Shown piece after piece: positions 56,048-64,000 of a DNA stretch of 64,000 nt; position 1 is the first letter of the stretch; each line of letters opens with the position of its first letter. The notes under the pieces were generated by a model that was not told where the DNA came from, ran no database searches, and saw nothing but the letters and a program-made list of their open reading frames with translations. Source of the DNA: a virus; IMG/VR virus record IMGVR_UViG_3300046834_000025, positions 13,834 through 77,833 of that record. The stretch is one strand, 5' to 3'. The position numbers and the translations under genes are program-made.

Positions 56048-56863
56048 TTATGCCCTCCACGTAGTCTGTCTTCCGACCGAACGGTAGTCCGGCGAAGCCA
56101 TCGAGAAGCCGATGTCAGGCTTCATCACACTCGCCACCCAGGAGTCCACGAGCCAGATGCCGGTTCGACCCTTGTCCATGTCGTCAAACGTCTGCACCAG
56201 GAGGGAGACGGAGACACCTTGTCGGGTGATCGATTGCACACGTGAGGGAAGCTCACAGCCCTTTGCGCCGCAGGCAGCCTTGGCGAACTCACACGCCAAC
56301 TTGCCTGCGGCGATCTGACCACCGACCGGAACCGGCTCACCCGTGAGGAGGGTGATCGCCCAGGTGTCCGGCTCTCCGAGCGCATGACTCATGTTCTGGC
56401 AGAACGGCCACTGCTGGCCATCCTCGCGAACGAGAAGAACGTTGTTGTCCACCCTGTAGGTCGTGGGATCGATCACCACGCCGTCGATCTCGATGCTTGC
56501 GATGCCGGACACCGGCTTGTCGAATCGCAGAGCGCGACCAGAGGAGCAACCACAGTTGTCGCCACAACCACCGCAGCCGATGTTGAACCACGAGCCACCG
56601 ATCAAGGTTGGGTGCCACGGGTTGCCATTGTGAGAGGAAGAAGTTCCACCCGTCATGCCGCCGTGATACGTACTGAGACCTGCCGTGCAGTCCTGACGGC
56701 AGGGACGAATCGTTGCCTCACACTGACCGAACCGCTGACCCGTCCAGCGCCACAGGAACTCTGTGGCCATGTCTTCCCACATCTCGACGCCGGAAGGAGG
56801 CAGGGAGGTGAGCGGTTCGCAAGGGCCACATGAGGTGTAATCCACCGGCCACGTACACTCCAT
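56048..56863 (-). CDS. head-to-tail adaptor
   Basis: LWRWTGQRFG, LACEFAKA...CELPSRVQSITRQGVS, TGIWLVD. Confidence 0.8.
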   Translation of the reverse strand: MECTWPVDYTSCGPCEPLTSLPPSGVEMWEDMATEFLWRWTGQRFGQCEATIRPCRQDCTAGLSTYHGGMTGGTSSSHNGNPWHPTLIGGSWFNIGCGGCGDNCGCSSGRALRFDKPVSGIASIEIDGVVIDPTTYRVDNNVLLVREDGQQWPFCQNMSHALGEPDTWAITLLTGEPVPVGGQIAAGKLACEFAKAACGAKGCELPSRVQSITRQGVSVSLLVQTFDDMDKGRTGIWLVDSWVASVMKPDIGFSMASPDYRSVGRQTTWRA

Positions 56864-56885
56864 TGCCTCTCCTCTCAGGTACTAC

Positions 56886-56925
56886 CAGTCCGGGCCGACC
56901 GGGTGGGAGTGGTCGACCCGGACTG
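56886..56925 (-). terminator. hairpin after major tail gene
   Basis: cagtccggg..cgacc/ggtcg..cccggactg. Confidence 0.6.
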
Positions 56926-56931
56926 ATAGGT

Positions 56932-57621
56932 CTATGCGGCGTCGTGCGCCTTGCACCCGCATTGCACGGGCGGTGGCGCAACGCCGGTCTCCAGGATGAG
57001 CAGAGGCTCACTCGGCATGATCGGAGTCGGAAGCAGAGCCGGGACAGCGCCGTTGAGAACGACCGGGTAGAGGCCGACTCCCCAGCCGTGGCCGGACACT
57101 GTGTACGCACCCTGCATGGTGAACGACACCGCGTTCTCGCCGTCGACCGTGATGTCTCCGAGGACACCCGCGTTGACGCAGCCGAGAACGATGTAGCCCG
57201 AAGCCTCTTCGACGCCGGTCGGGCAGGCATCCCCTGCCAAGCCGGTCCAGACCTCGAGCCCAAACTTCTGGTCCACGACCCCCTCGTAGGCCGTGGCACC
57301 CGCGATGTCGCCGTTCCAGTCGGTGTACGGGCTCATGTTCGTCATGAAGGACAGCAGGTCAGGATCGACACCGCAGAACTCCATCTCGAGCGTGAACCGC
57401 TTGAAGGAGTCGGGAGCCTTCTGCTGGAAGCAGACTGCACCGGATGCCTTCTTGACGACGACCTCTGCGCCGTCCTCGACCTCCGATGAGAGCGAAAGGC
57501 TGATGAAGCCGTCCGTCACCACTTCCGCGCAGTTACCGCCCGTTACCGGCAGGCAGCAGGAGTTCATCTTCGTGACGCGCATCCTCTTTCCGAAGATGGG
57601 CTTGAAGCACCGTGTAGTCAT
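56932..57621 (-). CDS. major tail protein
   Basis: GKRMRVTK..C, VTDGFIS, FCGVDPD, FGLEVW; strong codon bias. Confidence 0.8.
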   Translation of the reverse strand: MTTRCFKPIFGKRMRVTKMNSCCLPVTGGNCAEVVTDGFISLSLSSEVEDGAEVVVKKASGAVCFQQKAPDSFKRFTLEMEFCGVDPDLLSFMTNMSPYTDWNGDIAGATAYEGVVDQKFGLEVWTGLAGDACPTGVEEASGYIVLGCVNAGVLGDITVDGENAVSFTMQGAYTVSGHGWGVGLYPVVLNGAVPALLPTPIMPSEPLLILETGVAPPPVQCGCKAHDAA

Positions 57622-57646
57622 CTTTCTGTCACTTCCTTTCCCGCAC

Positions 57647-58750
57647 CTAGACGGTTACCATTCGGACAGCGGCCACGCCGCACGGGTCGAACCCGACGAC
57701 GTACTGACGTTCGGCGAGCGCATACATGTCGTTCTGCCTCTGGTCGAACGCCTGGTGCGAGAGAACTGCACCCCGGTAACCGAAGAGGGCAGGTGAGGCG
57801 TACACCCAGGTCTCGCCTTCGACGACTGGTGCCGCACCATCGTTGAGAATGGTGTGGTTCCACGAAGCATCTCCCGCTCCGATGCCGTCCACCTGAGAGA
57901 TATCCAGACTGATGTTCGGCTGTGGTCCGGGAGACTGCCAGGTGAGAACGAGAGTTGTAGGGGCTCCCGTAACGACAACGTTATCAGGAGCCTGAAACAC
58001 GCTCATCGTATTCAAGGCTGCCTGAGCATCTGCAAGCGTGCCAGCCAGGTAGATCGGTGGGGAGGTTTCACCCTTGAAGGTCAGCGTGTAGCTTCCCACG
58101 CCAGATGTGTAGCTCACCAGTGATCCACGCTGAGACGCCAGTGAACCAGCGGCATCGGGACCGATGCCATTGTAGCCTGCGCCTGCAACGATCGGCGTTC
58201 CGAGCATGGAAACGAGACGCGAACCCGATGCCCTCAGATGATTGCTGCCGTCCCAAAGGGTGACAGCACCACGGTCGCCGTGGAGCACACCGAGAGAGCC
58301 GTAGACTCCTCCCAGCCACTTCTCAAGCGCAGCAAGCGCCGCATCAGGATCGAGGGCACCTGCCGGATTCAGATCGGTCGCCTGCGCAGCGAGCATGGAC
58401 CAGACGTACCGTTCTGCCTGCGCCTCTTCACGAGCCAACAGGTGCGCCGTCGCAGCCTCTTCCGCCTGCAAGTCGGCACGCCCACCGGGCATCCCACATT
58501 TTGCAGAGCCATAGACTACGAAGGAGTCTGCTTCACCCCTCTCCACCATACTGGTGAAGAACTTCTCCTGCGGGTCTGTACAGTTCGGATCGGCGAAGCC
58601 TGACGCCGGATCACACGTCATCGCCTCCCACTCGATGCCGTTGGTCCAGTGCTGATCCTCCGCATTGCGAAGAGAAAGCACGGAGAACAGCCCGAATGGT
58701 AGGCCGATGCGAGGCTGTCCTGCGACAACCTGCCTGGCACCGTATCCCAT
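57647..58750 (-). CDS. major capsid pentamer protein with inserted domain
   Basis: FGLFSV, HWTNGIEW, GTPIVAGAGY, NDMYALAERQYVVGFD; follows hexamer gene. Confidence 0.75.
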   Translation of the reverse strand: MGYGARQVVAGQPRIGLPFGLFSVLSLRNAEDQHWTNGIEWEAMTCDPASGFADPNCTDPQEKFFTSMVERGEADSFVVYGSAKCGMPGGRADLQAEEAATAHLLAREEAQAERYVWSMLAAQATDLNPAGALDPDAALAALEKWLGGVYGSLGVLHGDRGAVTLWDGSNHLRASGSRLVSMLGTPIVAGAGYNGIGPDAAGSLASQRGSLVSYTSGVGSYTLTFKGETSPPIYLAGTLADAQAALNTMSVFQAPDNVVVTGAPTTLVLTWQSPGPQPNISLDISQVDGIGAGDASWNHTILNDGAAPVVEGETWVYASPALFGYRGAVLSHQAFDQRQNDMYALAERQYVVGFDPCGVAAVRMVTV

Positions 58751-58776
58751 TCTGGACCTCCAGATCTAGGGTGTAA

Positions 58777-58812
58777 CCTGGCCGGGAGGGATGTAAGCCG
58801 CTCCCGGCCAGG
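58777..58812 (-). terminator. hairpin after major capsid gene
   Basis: cctggccgggag/ctcccggccagg 12-bp stem. Confidence 0.7.
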
Positions 58813-58819
58813 CTACGAA

Positions 58820-60607
58820 TCAGAAGGTGCCGTCGGCCTTGATCTCGATGCCCATGTGCGTGGCACCGTCAGCCTGGACCGGCACCACGACACGCCGCGC
58901 GTCGTGGTTGCGCTGCAGGACCAGGTACGGGTCCTCCGTGAAGAGCGCCGTGTAGTCGTTGGTGCCCAGGAGCACCGAGTCGTAGATGTTCTCGAAGGTG
59001 ATGCTGTCCGAGACACCCTTGACGAACGTGCCTCCGGCGTAGAGCAGGAACTCGACGCCGGACGGCGCAGCGATGAAGTTCGCGGCAGGCACGGTGGAGA
59101 TGTCCTGCCAGTCGACGACGTACTGCGCGTTGACGTTCCGGTTGGTGAACCAGGAGTTGATGCGCTGGTCGCTGACCTCGAACTCCGCCAGGCCGAGACG
59201 ACGGGCCAGGTCGGAACGGAGGACGGCCTTGACCCAGGTCGGCAGGACGATCTCGAGGGTCGCCTTGTCGTCCATGCGGTTCACCGCACGGTAGTGGGTC
59301 GCCTGCAGGTCGACGGCGGTCAGGAGCGGAGCCGCCGCACCCGCCTGCGGAGAGGCGAAGTTGACCAGGGTCGAGGCAGCGGCGATGCTGTTGATGACGG
59401 CAGCCGAGACGCGGTGGGCGTGAGCGTTGAGCGTCTTGTTGATGTAGTCCTCGATGACCTCCGGGTATCCCCTCTGCTGCAGGAGACCCGCACCGATGCA
59501 GACGCCGCAGTAGCCGAGGCGCACGTCCTCGAAGTCGGGGCACGGGACGGTCGCGCACGGCTTGGAGCCGCCGCCAGCGCCGTCGTAGTCCCCGGCCAGG
59601 TCCTCTTCCTCGGTGTAGCAGAAGCCGGTGTCCTCGAACACCGTCCGGTAGTCCGGGCCGAGGGTGTGCCGGACGCCGCCCCTGTTGATCTGCATCTCGG
59701 GGACGGAGAGCAGGTTCGCTGCCTCGCTGATGTCCACCAGGTCGTACAGGGTCTCGGACGGCGCGCACCAGCCACCCGACGCCACGAGGCTCTTGCCCGG
59801 CAGCTTGGACTCGTCGGTTACGAAGGCCATCGCACCGCGTGGGTCCTCCGTCTGGACGATGGCCTCGTCCTTGAAGGTGCGCTTGAACTTCGCGATCGTG
59901 AACCGCTCGCTCTGGCGGACGCCCTTGCGGCGCGCGGTGTCGTAGGCCGACCCGTTGAAGCCGCCGAGACGGCTGTTGATCGATGCCGCCATGTCGCCGA
60001 TCGTGAGCTCACGGCCCACGTCGAACCCCGCCGCACCCTGCGCGGCCAGGGCAACGAGCTTCTTCTCCTTGGCCACGGTGGTGTCCTCTTCCTTGGGAGC
60101 GGGCCGACCTGCGCTGAGCTCAGCGAGGTTGATGTTGATCGCCGCGCGCTTGGCAACGGGCGGAGTGGTCTGCGTACGCGCAGCGGCAGCGCGTGCACGA
60201 CGTGCAGCCAGTGAGCGCGGGTTGGGCTTGGTGGCGAGTTCCTCGACGGGCTGCTCGTCCTCGCCCTCGCCCTCGCCCTCCTCGCCTTCCGGCTTCTCGG
60301 TGTCGACGGGGGTGTCGTCTCCGAGAGTGAGCACCTTGTTGGCCAGTTCCTTGGCCGTGTTGGAGCGGGCCAGCGCAGCCGCGTCACGGGTGCCGACCTC
60401 GCTCTTGACCGCCTCGATGCCGTCCGCAAGAGCGGAAAGCGCGGCCAAGACCTCGTCGTTCGGCGCGGAGCCGTCCTCGGGCAGCATGGCGCGGAACGCG
60501 TCGACCGCCGTGTCGTGCAGGGTTGCCAGGTCAGCGTCATTGAGGCCGGTAAGGTCCTCGGGGATCGTGATACTGGTGTCCTGCGGCTTGTCCTTGCGGG
60601 GTGCCAT
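58820..60607 (-). CDS. major capsid hexamer protein with N-terminal scaffold region
   Basis: SLVASGGWCAPSETLYDL, CPDFEDVRL, LQQRGYPE, NDYTALFTE; strongest codon bias; AGGAGG RBS. Confidence 0.88.
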   Translation of the reverse strand: MAPRKDKPQDTSITIPEDLTGLNDADLATLHDTAVDAFRAMLPEDGSAPNDEVLAALSALADGIEAVKSEVGTRDAAALARSNTAKELANKVLTLGDDTPVDTEKPEGEEGEGEGEDEQPVEELATKPNPRSLAARRARAAAARTQTTPPVAKRAAININLAELSAGRPAPKEEDTTVAKEKKLVALAAQGAAGFDVGRELTIGDMAASINSRLGGFNGSAYDTARRKGVRQSERFTIAKFKRTFKDEAIVQTEDPRGAMAFVTDESKLPGKSLVASGGWCAPSETLYDLVDISEAANLLSVPEMQINRGGVRHTLGPDYRTVFEDTGFCYTEEEDLAGDYDGAGGGSKPCATVPCPDFEDVRLGYCGVCIGAGLLQQRGYPEVIEDYINKTLNAHAHRVSAAVINSIAAASTLVNFASPQAGAAAPLLTAVDLQATHYRAVNRMDDKATLEIVLPTWVKAVLRSDLARRLGLAEFEVSDQRINSWFTNRNVNAQYVVDWQDISTVPAANFIAAPSGVEFLLYAGGTFVKGVSDSITFENIYDSVLLGTNDYTALFTEDPYLVLQRNHDARRVVVPVQADGATHMGIEIKADGTF

Positions 60608-60712
60608 CTTGGTACCTCCTGTAGTGATGTTGTCACCCAGTCGGTCTCAGGCCCTCGCGCCATACAAGACTTATGCTCATACTCATCATACCCTGCTTTC
60701 GCAGGACGTGGT

Positions 60713-63700
60713 TCAGATGCTGATCAAACTGTGACCACCGAGCTTGATGCCACGCCGACCCAACCACTGCCGGGTGTACTTCCTCGCGGCGAACGGCGGT
60801 GCTTCCGTGCTGCCCTGGAGCAACTGCGCGAGGTTACCCAGATCGACGAACATCTCGTCCAGCCTGGTGCCGATCTTGTTCGCGTGGTCGTCGTCCAGAC
60901 CGGGCTTCTCGGCGACCGACATCAGGACCGCCTCGAGCCGGGACAGTTCGGCCTGTGCAGCCTTGAGGTGATCGGCGTTGTACGCTCCCTCCTGGATGCC
61001 CTCCGTGAGCGCATCGAGCGCCTTGCCGAAGGTGCCCAACGCTTCCTCAGCCTGCAGCGAGTCTTCCTCGGAGAGACCACCGTTGCTCGCAGCGTCCGAC
61101 AGCGTGCCCTGCAGTCCGACCAAGGTCTCACCGGACTTGGTGGCTGCCTTCTGCTGAGCAGAACCGTTACCGGCCAGCGTGCCGCCGCTCATACGACTGT
61201 CTGTTTTGGCGATGGATGCCTCACGACCGGCTTGCAGTGCTTCATCGATCGAGCCGCCGTCGTCCAGCACCTTATCGAACGCCTCACGAGCTTCGCCGTG
61301 AGTGTCTTCCGGGAGTTGGCTCTTCAGGCCCTCCCAGTAGCCTTCGCGCTGCTGGCTGTCCTGCAGCCTGGTGTCCACCTCGCCGACACCACGAGCCGCA
61401 GTCATCGCCTCGTCGATCGTACCGCCTTCGTCGAGAACCCGATCGAACTCCTTGCGCGCTTCGTCTCGCGAGCCTTCGGGAAGGTTCGGTCCCAGACCCT
61501 TCCAGTAGTTCTCACGATCCTTGCTGTCCTGCGACTCCGGCACCTCCGGCAGATCGCCGGAGTCCTCGCCGACCATCGCGGCCTCGAACGCTTCCTGCTG
61601 TGTGTCGTAGCCTTCCCCCATATCGTCCCACGTACCCTCCGTGGGCTGCACATCACCGCCGTCGCCTTCAGCGTGCAGTGGGTGCCACTTGCCGTCGTCG
61701 GTCTGCGTGATGCCCACGGTGCCGGTCTCGTTGTAGAAGGTCGGAGATGGTGCCTTGTCGTCCTCGCTCCAGCCTGCCGGAAGACCGGCTTCGGGTGCCT
61801 CACCATCACCACTGCCGCCGCCGCCGCTCATGGCGTCGGCAGCCTCTTCCAGGGTGTCGTAGCTCTCATCGGAAGTCGAGCCGTCCGGTTCGTAGACGAC
61901 GAAGCGACCACCAGAGGTGTCTCCTGCCGTCCGGCCCGTGTCATCAGCGATTGCGAACAGGTCGCCGTCTTCGCTGCGAACCTCGTACATCCCCGGCCAC
62001 TTGTCGGACTCCGTGATGATCTCCGTGCCGTCCAGGCCGAGAGCATCCTTGGTAGCCATCGGAAGGTCGTCAGGATCGACGTACGGAAGGCCGCTTTCGC
62101 TTGTGCCACCACGGCTCAGTGCATCGGCAGCCTCTTCCAGGCTACCGTAGTTGGCCGACACCTCACCGTCCGGCTCGTAGATGGCAAAGCCACCGCCAGA
62201 AGTACTTCCGGCAGTCCGACCTTTGTCGTCAGCGACAGCGAACAGGTCGCCGTCCTCGCTGCGAACCTCGTACATCCCAGGCCACTTCTCGGACTTCGTG
62301 ATGACCTCGGTGCCGTCGAGACCGAGAGCATCGTTGGTGGCCATCGGAAGGTCGTCAGGGTCGACACGTTCGCCGCCGCCGCCGCCGCCGCCGTCGCCGC
62401 CACCGACACGCTCGACCGTCATGTCCACGTCACCGGGCTCGTACATCCCGCCGCCGTCGAACATCGCCTGCTCTTCGGGAGTCGGATTCGCCGGAATGGT
62501 CTCGCCGTCGATGTCGGCCAGGGAGGACTCGATGTCCCAGGAGCCGTCTTCGTTCTTCGTGTAGGTCGAGATGAATTCGCCGTCGTTGGAGGTGATCTTC
62601 GAGCCAGGAGGAAGCGACTGTGCTTTCGTCCAGGCGTCATCGTTGATGTCGATCGAGTCACCGACCTGGTATCCACCTTCCGGTACAGCCGCAGGCTTGC
62701 CGCCATCACTCTCGCCGCCATCGCCGACACGGCTCACCTTCATGTCCACGTCACCAGGCTCGTACATCCCGCCGCCGTCGAACATCGCCTGCTCGTCCGG
62801 CGTGGGCTGCGCAGGAATGGTCTCGCCGTCGATGTCACCCAACGTGGACTCGATGCCCCAGGAACCGTCCTCGTTCTTGGTGTAGGTCGAGATGAACTCA
62901 CCGTCGTTGGAAGTAATCTGCGAGCCAGGAGGAAGCGACTGCGCCTTCGTCCAGGAGTCGTCGTTGATGTCGATCTCGTCGCCGACCTTGTACCCGCTCT
63001 CCGGTACAGTCGCAGGCTTGTCGCCGCCACCCTCCGGGATGTCACCAACGATACTGGTGTCCTCGCCGCCGATGTCACCAGCGTCCTTGCCGACCGCCTT
63101 CTTGCCACCAGGCAGATCGAGTTCTCCCCCACCGATGTCCGTGACATCGTCGTCGCCGATGCCCTCATCTCCCAGGAGGCTCAGGTCGCTGTCCTTGACC
63201 ACCGCGACACTCTCGCGAGCGTCTTCCAGAGCCTTCCCGATGCGCTCCACGTCAGGACCGTTGATTGCACCAGTGTCGATGCCGTCCTGTAGCTTCGCCT
63301 CGAGCTCAGAGAGCGCCTCGTCGGCTTCCGTCGCATACCGCTTGGCGGAATCGCCGTCGAGGTCCTTGAGCGAGACACCTGCTGCACCGGCTGACTCGAT
63401 CGCTCTGTCCAAGGACTCGCCGATGCTCCCTGCGACACCCTCGTCGATGCCGCCGTTGTCTGCGGAGTCCATGAGGATGGCTTCCAGGGCATCGAGGCTG
63501 ACACCCGGCATGTCGATCCACTGGCCACCGCGCTCGTTGCCACGCGGGACACGCCACTGGTTCGGGTTGTAGGCGAACTTGATGCCGACTCGCGCGGCAA
63601 GCTGCCGTGCCTTTCGACGTGCAACGGCTGCCTGCAGTTTCCCGCTACTGGTCATCGTTTCGGCTCTCTTGTCGGTTTCCAGCGAACCACTCGCCACCAA

Positions 63701-64000
63701 CGATTGTACCATGCCGGAGGCCACAAGTGCAAGCTTTCTGGGAACTGGGAATCCGGGGACGTTGACGGAAAGAACTCCGACAAGTTCCAGTTTCCCACCG
63801 ATGGTACGCCAGTCGCCGGAAACCGGCGCTGCCTTGAGAGAGGTCAGATCTGCGTTCGGGTGGGCTGCGCCTGCCACCCAGATACCGAAGCGGTCTCTGC
63901 CAGCGGAGACATACGCGCCGACCGTGCCGGTGTGCTCGTAGTGGTAGATGGTCTCTGCTGCCGACAGCTTGGCTCCGGCGTGCAAGGTGTTCATGGTGAT
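60713..64000 (-). CDS. capsid maturation protease fusion with long acidic repeat region (5' end outside window)
   Basis: HYEHTG...GIWVAG...SGDWR...LELVGVLSVNVPGFPVPR; directly upstream of capsid gene; frame open to window edge. Confidence 0.75.
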   Translation of the reverse strand: MTMNTLHAGAKLSAAETIYHYEHTGTVGAYVSAGRDRFGIWVAGAAHPNADLTSLKAAPVSGDWRTIGGKLELVGVLSVNVPGFPVPRKLALVASGMVQSLVASGSLETDKRAETMTSSGKLQAAVARRKARQLAARVGIKFAYNPNQWRVPRGNERGGQWIDMPGVSLDALEAILMDSADNGGIDEGVAGSIGESLDRAIESAGAAGVSLKDLDGDSAKRYATEADEALSELEAKLQDGIDTGAINGPDVERIGKALEDARESVAVVKDSDLSLLGDEGIGDDDVTDIGGGELDLPGGKKAVGKDAGDIGGEDTSIVGDIPEGGGDKPATVPESGYKVGDEIDINDDSWTKAQSLPPGSQITSNDGEFISTYTKNEDGSWGIESTLGDIDGETIPAQPTPDEQAMFDGGGMYEPGDVDMKVSRVGDGGESDGGKPAAVPEGGYQVGDSIDINDDAWTKAQSLPPGSKITSNDGEFISTYTKNEDGSWDIESSLADIDGETIPANPTPEEQAMFDGGGMYEPGDVDMTVERVGGGDGGGGGGGERVDPDDLPMATNDALGLDGTEVITKSEKWPGMYEVRSEDGDLFAVADDKGRTAGSTSGGGFAIYEPDGEVSANYGSLEEAADALSRGGTSESGLPYVDPDDLPMATKDALGLDGTEIITESDKWPGMYEVRSEDGDLFAIADDTGRTAGDTSGGRFVVYEPDGSTSDESYDTLEEAADAMSGGGGSGDGEAPEAGLPAGWSEDDKAPSPTFYNETGTVGITQTDDGKWHPLHAEGDGGDVQPTEGTWDDMGEGYDTQQEAFEAAMVGEDSGDLPEVPESQDSKDRENYWKGLGPNLPEGSRDEARKEFDRVLDEGGTIDEAMTAARGVGEVDTRLQDSQQREGYWEGLKSQLPEDTHGEAREAFDKVLDDGGSIDEALQAGREASIAKTDSRMSGGTLAGNGSAQQKAATKSGETLVGLQGTLSDAASNGGLSEEDSLQAEEALGTFGKALDALTEGIQEGAYNADHLKAAQAELSRLEAVLMSVAEKPGLDDDHANKIGTRLDEMFVDLGNLAQLLQGSTEAPPFAARKYTRQWLGRRGIKLGGHSLISI

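Noticed and set aside
60515-63292. Long antisense ORFs (also 28615-30981, 58856-60214, 20885-22471, 17807-18838, 50734-52023)
   Set aside because: Expected shadows of high-GC3 genes on the opposite strand; no RBS or motifs
1-64000. tRNA genes, integrase/attP and immunity repressor
   Set aside because: No cloverleaf with a T-loop consensus and no recombinase motifs recognised by eye; they may lie outside the window

Overview
About 64 kb of a high-GC, tailed (siphovirus-type) actinobacteriophage genome. No integrase, repressor, tRNA, rRNA or CRISPR array is evident in the window. 1-940: non-coding, repeat-rich region next to a primase-helicase (945-3464, minus), probably the replication origin. 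3672-40727 (plus): early and middle genes, including many small ORFs, an interrupted SNF2 helicase, six HNH-type endonucleases, dCMP deaminase, DUF932, a sortase with a secreted Thr/Pro-rich partner, two WhiB regulators, VRR-NUC, a Cas4-like exonuclease, SSB, a family A DNA polymerase and a sugar-modification cluster. 40724-64000 (minus): virion genes, including tail fibre, minor tails, tape measure, frameshifted chaperone, endolysin, connectors, major tail, capsid pentamer and hexamer, and a 5'-truncated protease fusion. Four observations stand out. (1) A conserved start-associated motif GAGAGGAAACCGA(TG) precedes about 12 genes, and one hairpin (29324-29379) carries its exact antisense in the loop, a candidate sRNA regulon. 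(2) A 7-nt insertion with a stop codon sits inside the helicase Walker A motif between synonymous Gly codons, next to an HNH gene, a candidate ribosomal bypass. (3) Three 62-67 bp structured repeats separate single genes like cassettes. (4) The phage encodes a sortase/surface-protein module. All family calls come from motif recognition by eye; no database searches were run.
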